A stretch of DNA of 47,618 nucleotides, counting the filler, from Dimargaris cristalligena (lineage: Eukaryota): assembly GCA_003614675.1 (NCBI GenBank). It is 2 parts of 2 records of this genome, joined end to end, with 100 filler letters (N's around TTAATTAATTAA, not from the genome) between each part and the next. Parts side by side here need not be neighbours in the genome. Positions count along the whole stretch, not along the records: positions 23,894 to 47,618 come from ML002605.1; 1 more part is not named here. One strand, given 5' to 3'. The position numbers and the translations under genes were made by a program. The notes under the pieces were generated by a model, which made no database searches, was not told the DNA's origin, and worked only from the letters and a program-made list of their open reading frames with translations. Each line of letters opens with the position of its first letter. Position 1 is the first letter of the stretch. This document shows positions 47,313 to 47,618 of this stretch, one piece after another.

Positions 47313-47618
47313 CCTGTGTTTATGTTGTTGTGGTGTGGCAGAGCGACTAATATAATAATAGGCGAGAATGCCTTATTGTCAAAAGATATAGTAAAATCGG
47401 ACTCAAGATAACTGTAGGCAAAACTGCCGGTACAGTTCAGAAGAATGAAAAAAGATATGTTTTATTAAGAGTTGCGATTCTTGAAGGTATTTATACTTAG
47501 AAAGTGGTTGAAGTTCAACCTACGTAGTATTACTGTTGGGGTTGATAAATAATGATGAGTTTACGAATATATCTGGCTAATGATGATATCAAATATAAAT
47601 GCGAGTGATATTTGATGT

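Noticed and set aside
1-47618. CRISPR arrays, operons or prokaryotic defence systems
   Set aside because: The sequence is eukaryotic with spliceosomal introns; no regularly spaced direct repeats were seen.

Overview
Eukaryotic (fungal) genomic DNA with spliceosomal GT-AG introns (GTAAGT donors, CTAAC/CTAAT branch points). The Rhizopus-type chitinase architecture suggests a zygomycete-grade lineage (inference). Recognisable genes, rebuilt exon by exon: a DHA2-type MFS transporter, COA6, NOG1, kinetochore NNF1/PMF1, PEX4 E2, a GH18 class III chitinase with CBM19, Pol III subunit RPC53, a DH-PH RhoGEF and tRNA-Thr(AGT). There are also several orphan membrane or secreted proteins. A synthetic N-TTAATTAATTAA-N linker at 23794-23893 means the two halves may not be adjacent in vivo. 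The most notable unexplained structures are: (1) four copies of a 136-bp inverted-repeat element flanked by ATAT that align without any gap despite ~25% divergence; (2) a tRNA-like cloverleaf just after the stop codon of the Pol III subunit gene; (3) a cationic prepropeptide gene broken by two in-frame TAA codons; (4) CpG-depleted relic blocks; (5) a ~9-kb gene-free RhoGEF upstream region with candidate UTR exons, including a micro-exon.
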